A stretch of 64,000 nt of DNA from Octopus sinensis (Eukaryota), in NCBI RefSeq assembly GCF_006345805.1, contig NC_043003.1, forward strand, positions 117,242,001 through 117,306,000, read 5' to 3'. This document shows positions 59,246 through 64,000 of the stretch, in pieces. The position numbers and the translations under genes are program-made. The stretch's first letter is position 1, and each line of letters opens with the position of its first letter. A model generated the notes under the pieces. That model searched no databases. It was not told where the DNA came from and saw only the letters and a list, made by a program, of their open reading frames with translations.

Positions 59246-59975
59246 GTCCGAAGGGGGCGGTCTCTTCCTCTAACCTCCTCCCCTCGACTTTTCTGACCTT
59301 TGACCTACATCAGAAACAATCTCTTCTTCAGAAGTTTGGCAGAAACTTTAGAGAGATACAGAAAATATGATTTGCAGTATTTCTTTTGACTCCCTAAGCT
59401 CTTTGGTAAATAGCTGGTGTTTCTCTTATTTAAAACACCAGAAACTAAAGGAAGTAAAAAACACCGATTAAGGTTTGGTTTGGTCGGCATCGTTGTGAAA
59501 GACTTCACAGACATGTTTCATACGGTTCAAGTCTGCAAGTCGCTTGCTCTTCATGTATGTTTGTATGTGCGTATGTATGTGAACCAGTAACCTTACCAAA
59601 CTTGCTTTGTAAGAATTGTTTTAGTTGGACATCCTAAACGATAAAAACAAAAGCTGTCATAGGACGTCTGAACGCAGTAAAACCAAGAGTCACCCAACAG
59701 CAAGGTTGAAAGACTCCTAATATTTGATTGGACTTCAGTCTAGGAGTAGCACGTTCTAAAATAACAACCGCCTCATTGCAAAGCCAGAAACCTTGCTTTT
59801 GTTTATTTCTGGATTCCTTGCCTTTGTTGGTGAGAGTCTTAGCGGAGTTGTACAAACTGTTGTTCACTTTCAGCACAGGCATCGCTGGACGTATTGTCTT
59901 TAACATCTAGGAATAAGATAATTTGTCAGTGATGGTCATACTCATCAACGATTTTACAGCCACCGTATATGTATG

Positions 59976-60356
59976 TGGAAGCACTCCGTCGGTTACGACG
60001 ACGAGGGTTCCGGTTGATCCGATCAACGGAACAGCCTGCTCGTGAAATTAACGTGTAAGTGGCTGAGCACTCCACAGACACGTGTACCCTTAACGTAGTT
60101 CTCGGGGATATTCAGCGTGACGCAGAGAGTGACAAGGCCGGCCCTTTGAAATACAGGTACAACAGAAACAGCAAGTAAGAGTGAGAGAAAGTTGTGGTGA
60201 AAGAGTACAGCAGAGATCACCACCATCCCTGCCGGAGCCTCGTGGAGTTTTAGGTGTTTTCGCTCAATAAACACCCACAACGTCCGGTCTGGGAATCGAA
60301 ACCGCGATCCTACGACCGCGAGTCCGCTGCCCTAACCACTGGACCATTGCGTCTCC
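59976..60356 (-). mobile_element. SINE A, full-length, 12-bp TSD
   Basis: cgtatatgtatg at 59964-59975 and 60358-60369. Confidence 0.93.
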
Positions 60357-60689
60357 ACGTATATGTATGATTCTCTGTATGTATACTTATGTATGTCAGG
60401 CCGTATGTATCAATATATGAGCACAGTTGAATATAGATGTATGTTTTACATCGGAATTAAAATAACCATATGTTCGCAGAGTGAAGAAGATTTGCGACTG
60501 AACTGTATACAGATCTTTATACAAAGCCACATACTTTCTGATGGATTAATTCATTTGGGCATTAATTTGATAACTAATTAACCCAAGACTTGAAATAGAC
60601 AGCGCTATAATATTAATCTTTTAGATATAACAAAAACAGACAAGTGTTTAAATATCAAAGTGGTATTCATATACAAGTGTAAATGTATG

Positions 60690-60989
60690 TGTATATATGT
60701 ATACACAATATATATAGTGTGCAATATAGTATGTATATATATATTTATATATACAAACATATATGGACATGTATATATATATACATATACAATATGGACA
60801 TGTATATATATACATATACATATATACATATACATATATATATATATATGTATATGTATATATGTATGCATGTATGTGTGTATATATGTATATATATATG
60901 TATGCATGTATGTGTGTATATATGCATATATATATATATATATATATATAAATATATATGTATGCATGTATATATGTATGTATATGCAT

Positions 60990-61041
<52 letters not shown>

Positions 61042-61051
61042 ATATATATAT

Positions 61052-61102
<51 letters not shown>

Positions 61103-61165
61103 ATGTATGTAGTATGTATGTATGCATTTATGTATGTATGTATGTATGTATATGCATACATATAT
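60690..61165. repeat. (TA)n/(TATG)n array
   Basis: Directly visible. Confidence 0.95.
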
Positions 61166-61559
61166 CTCCGGAAATTAAGCTTCCAAAAATAGCTTATGTG
61201 AAATTAAAGTGAAAACGAGATTTATTCCTGCTCGAAGAGCAATCTGTCAGGTCGCCGCGCCGCCGCTCGAATGTCGTAAGTTAAGGTCAACAACCTACCA
61301 ATTTCAATGTCATATTTTATAGAAGAAATTCTTGTAAAATTCCTATATAACAAGTGATAAGAAATCTATTGATTTTAGATTTCATGTTATACGATGGCAG
61401 AGAAGGGCAACTGTACATGACTGAGGGGTCTATCTATAGGAGAGGAAAACTAATCAAATATTTGTTAAGATGGTTGATTTCTCCATTCATCTCGCTCTTC
61501 TCTTTCTCACCTTCTCTCTCTTTCTCTCTCTCCTTCTCTCCATCTCTCCCTCGCTTTCT

Positions 61560-61920
<361 letters not shown>

Positions 61921-62139
61921 GTACAAGAATACGGTATTTCACATTAAGATTGTAAAAAGATTTGCGACCAGATGTTTTAATATACATAGGTTTAGTCACG
62001 CATTCCAAATAGACCGATGCTCATCTGATTATGCTAAAGAGACTCTCTCGGTCTTCTTGTAAATTAAATATTATACACCGCAAGTTTTACAAGATTATTT
62101 AAATTACGTCAGCCGCAACGCGATGCGCAATTCCACTTT

Positions 62140-62950
62140 TCATACATATTTTTCACGACTCTCCCGCACCAATCACGAGATTACAAGAATATATGTAAAT
62201 CGAAAGTTTTAAAGCAAGCTTTAAATTCAGCGATTGAATAATTGTCGTCCATGACACACGGGAGTTCATTTTTCCGCCACTTCCTCCTAATGGCTTCGCT
62301 AAGCCATAGAGTATCTCATTGTACTGTTCGCAGTTCAGTGGACAGTCACTTCCAGAATCCCAGGGAGCATGACACACCTGTCACCCAGAAAAAGAGAGAT
62401 TCCATGATTTTCTGTCTTCATAATTGCCTTCAGAAATTCCTAGGCCTCGGGAAAAAATATTTGTCGCTGTTCTATGAATTGAGACGTTGTTTCAGAATCA
62501 TAATACCATGCTCAGGTTTCAACCCCTGTCACTAGATCTGAAAGAAAAGCTGTCCTCATCGACTTGTCCTCATCGACTTGTCCTCGTCGACTTCAAATGT
62601 CGCCAACGCATCTGATCAGATTTCAACACGTCCGTCTTTAAGATCATGCCATATCTAGATGTACCCATTTTGCTGTCTCTTTCCGAAGACAATAATCACT
62701 ATCTCCTGCGACGCATCGTGACCACTGTCCATTTGTGCAACAAACTCGAGGGTTGCGTTTCGCCTGTCAGCGGGTACCACTTCTTTCTCTCATTGACCTT
62801 TAGTACAAATGACCCAAAAAGGTTTCTTCTCAATGCGTGGTTTGTCTTCAATGCTGATTTCCTCTTCTTAAACTTTATTTTTCTGTATGTTATATATATT
62901 TGTAAGTCCCGGTGTTTATCTTTCCATAATGTGATTGCGAATAGTGTCAC
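62140..62950 (-). pseudogene. Highly degenerate mariner-like transposase remnant
   Basis: Broken frames give EISIEDKPR (cf. SLED..RSGRP), MESLFFWVTGV (cf. M.TVFWD..GV) and LSEAIRRKWRK. No TIRs found. Confidence 0.5.
62551..62592. repeat. 14-bp tandem repeat, three copies
   Basis: tgtcctcatcgact twice plus tgtcctcgtcgact. Confidence 0.9.
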
Positions 62951-63092
62951 CACCATAAAACAAAATCAAATGTAGCCTCCATCAGCTGTCAATCCGCCTG
63001 CACTCCACTTCATCAACAACTCAACGTTGCTTCTGTTTGAAACTCTTTATCTTCCTGCAATGAAGATGAAAACAAACTACGCATGCACCTAT

Positions 63093-63204
63093 TCTTTTAC
63101 TTGTTTCAGTCATTTGACTGCTGCCATGCTGGAGCACCACCTTTAGTCAAACAAATCAACCCCCTGGATGTATTCTTTGTAAGCCTAGTACTTATTCTAT
63201 CGGC
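63093..63204 (-). mobile_element. SINE C tail fragment
   Basis: ttttacttgtttcagtcatttgactgctgccatgctggagcacc...tacttattctatcgg. Confidence 0.85.
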
Positions 63205-63448
63205 CTGAGATCCTACGTGCATTAATCTTAGCGCCCTTACTGAAGAAGCACGGACGGCAAATTAATTTGTTTGCACATTAATGCAGAAACTCGAGTGTAG
63301 GGGTAACTATAGAAATATTTTTTATTTTTCTTTCCCTTTGAAAATACTCTTATTCTTGGTTTGGGCTTTAATTACCCTTTCTAGTATATAAGGTGTCCTG
63401 TTTAAGTTCACCTCTTTTATATGAAATATATATATATATATATATATA

Positions 63449-64000
63449 TACGAGCAAAACGCCCCCCGTCCAATGGACGGTACTGAGTTGTCAAACAGTT
63501 AAACCAAATTTTCTCAAAATAACTTGTCAGACCGTCCCATAGGCCTCCCCTTTAAGAAACACTGATTTAACCTAAATTTGAGACACCAGCAAAAGAAGAA
63601 ATAAAGATAGACTTTTTTAATTCCAAAGAAAAACGATTTTATTCACACAAATATGCAACGGAAGAGTTTTAAATACCAGTAATGATAAGGCTGTTATGAT
63701 AGGCTTTCCCTCCTTCATGCCAAGTTTGAAGAAAATATCTCTTTTGCATCTTACTTTTTTGGTCTCTTAAATATACAGCATTTTGTGGCATTATTTCAAG
63801 CCAGCCGGCCTTTTTTTGCGCAAAATGCACGTGCATTTTTCTCGCGTAGGCGTAGTATCGATCGCAACAGCTGATGTACTCGCACGTACAAATGCACGTT
63901 CCCACGGCTTTATCGATTGCATTCTCACCTGGAATCGATTTTTGTAATCTTTTCAAGGCTTATAGACGCCCTGATACGGTCGGTATCTACATATCAAATT
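63449..64000. mobile_element. Possible end of a non-autonomous Helentron/HINE-like DNA element (runs off the window)
   Basis: Starts in (TA)n with acgagcaaaacgcccc, then the hairpin CCGTCC-AAT-GGACGG (63466-63480). Internal catgccaagtttgaagaaaat-type sequence is common in such elements (from memory). Confidence 0.35.

Noticed and set aside
59305-59910. Non-repetitive ORFs of 60-90 aa
   Set aside because: No recognisable domain, overlapping on both strands, no convincing splice signals.

Overview
This is AT-rich, repeat-saturated animal genomic DNA, most likely intronic or intergenic. It is not prokaryotic. I find no CRISPR array, no rRNA, no genuine tRNA gene and no host protein-coding gene I can support. 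The tRNA-headed SINE families resemble those I recall from coleoid cephalopods (Octopus-like); that assignment is from memory and needs a database search. Most ORFs in the supplied track are translations of microsatellites. All recognisable coding sequence is transposon-derived: (1) a near-complete, apparently young Penelope-like element (PLE; RT plus GIY-YIG) at about 20.96-26.21 kb with two ~730 bp direct pseudo-LTRs; (2) a 5'-truncated CR1/L2-type LINE (9.11-11.40 kb) nested inside a SINE; (3) two nests of R4/Dong-like RLE retrotransposon fragments embedded in (AAT)n arrays (12.1-17.1 and 34.7-37.7 kb); (4) three mariner copies; (5) L1/Tx1, L2/CR1, RTE and further PLE fragments. There are also more than 30 SINE copies or fragments (working names A-E), several foldback/MITE-like hairpins and long microsatellites. 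The most interesting signals are a set of minimal hammerhead-ribozyme (HHR) motifs, including a core variant (CUGUUGA, GUU site, loop-less palindromic stem III) shared by both pseudo-LTRs, and a composite of tRNA-like Pol III head + (AAT)n + HHR-bearing PLE-type tail that could be a SINE mobilised by Penelope machinery. Coordinates were counted by eye and boundaries of degenerate elements are approximate.
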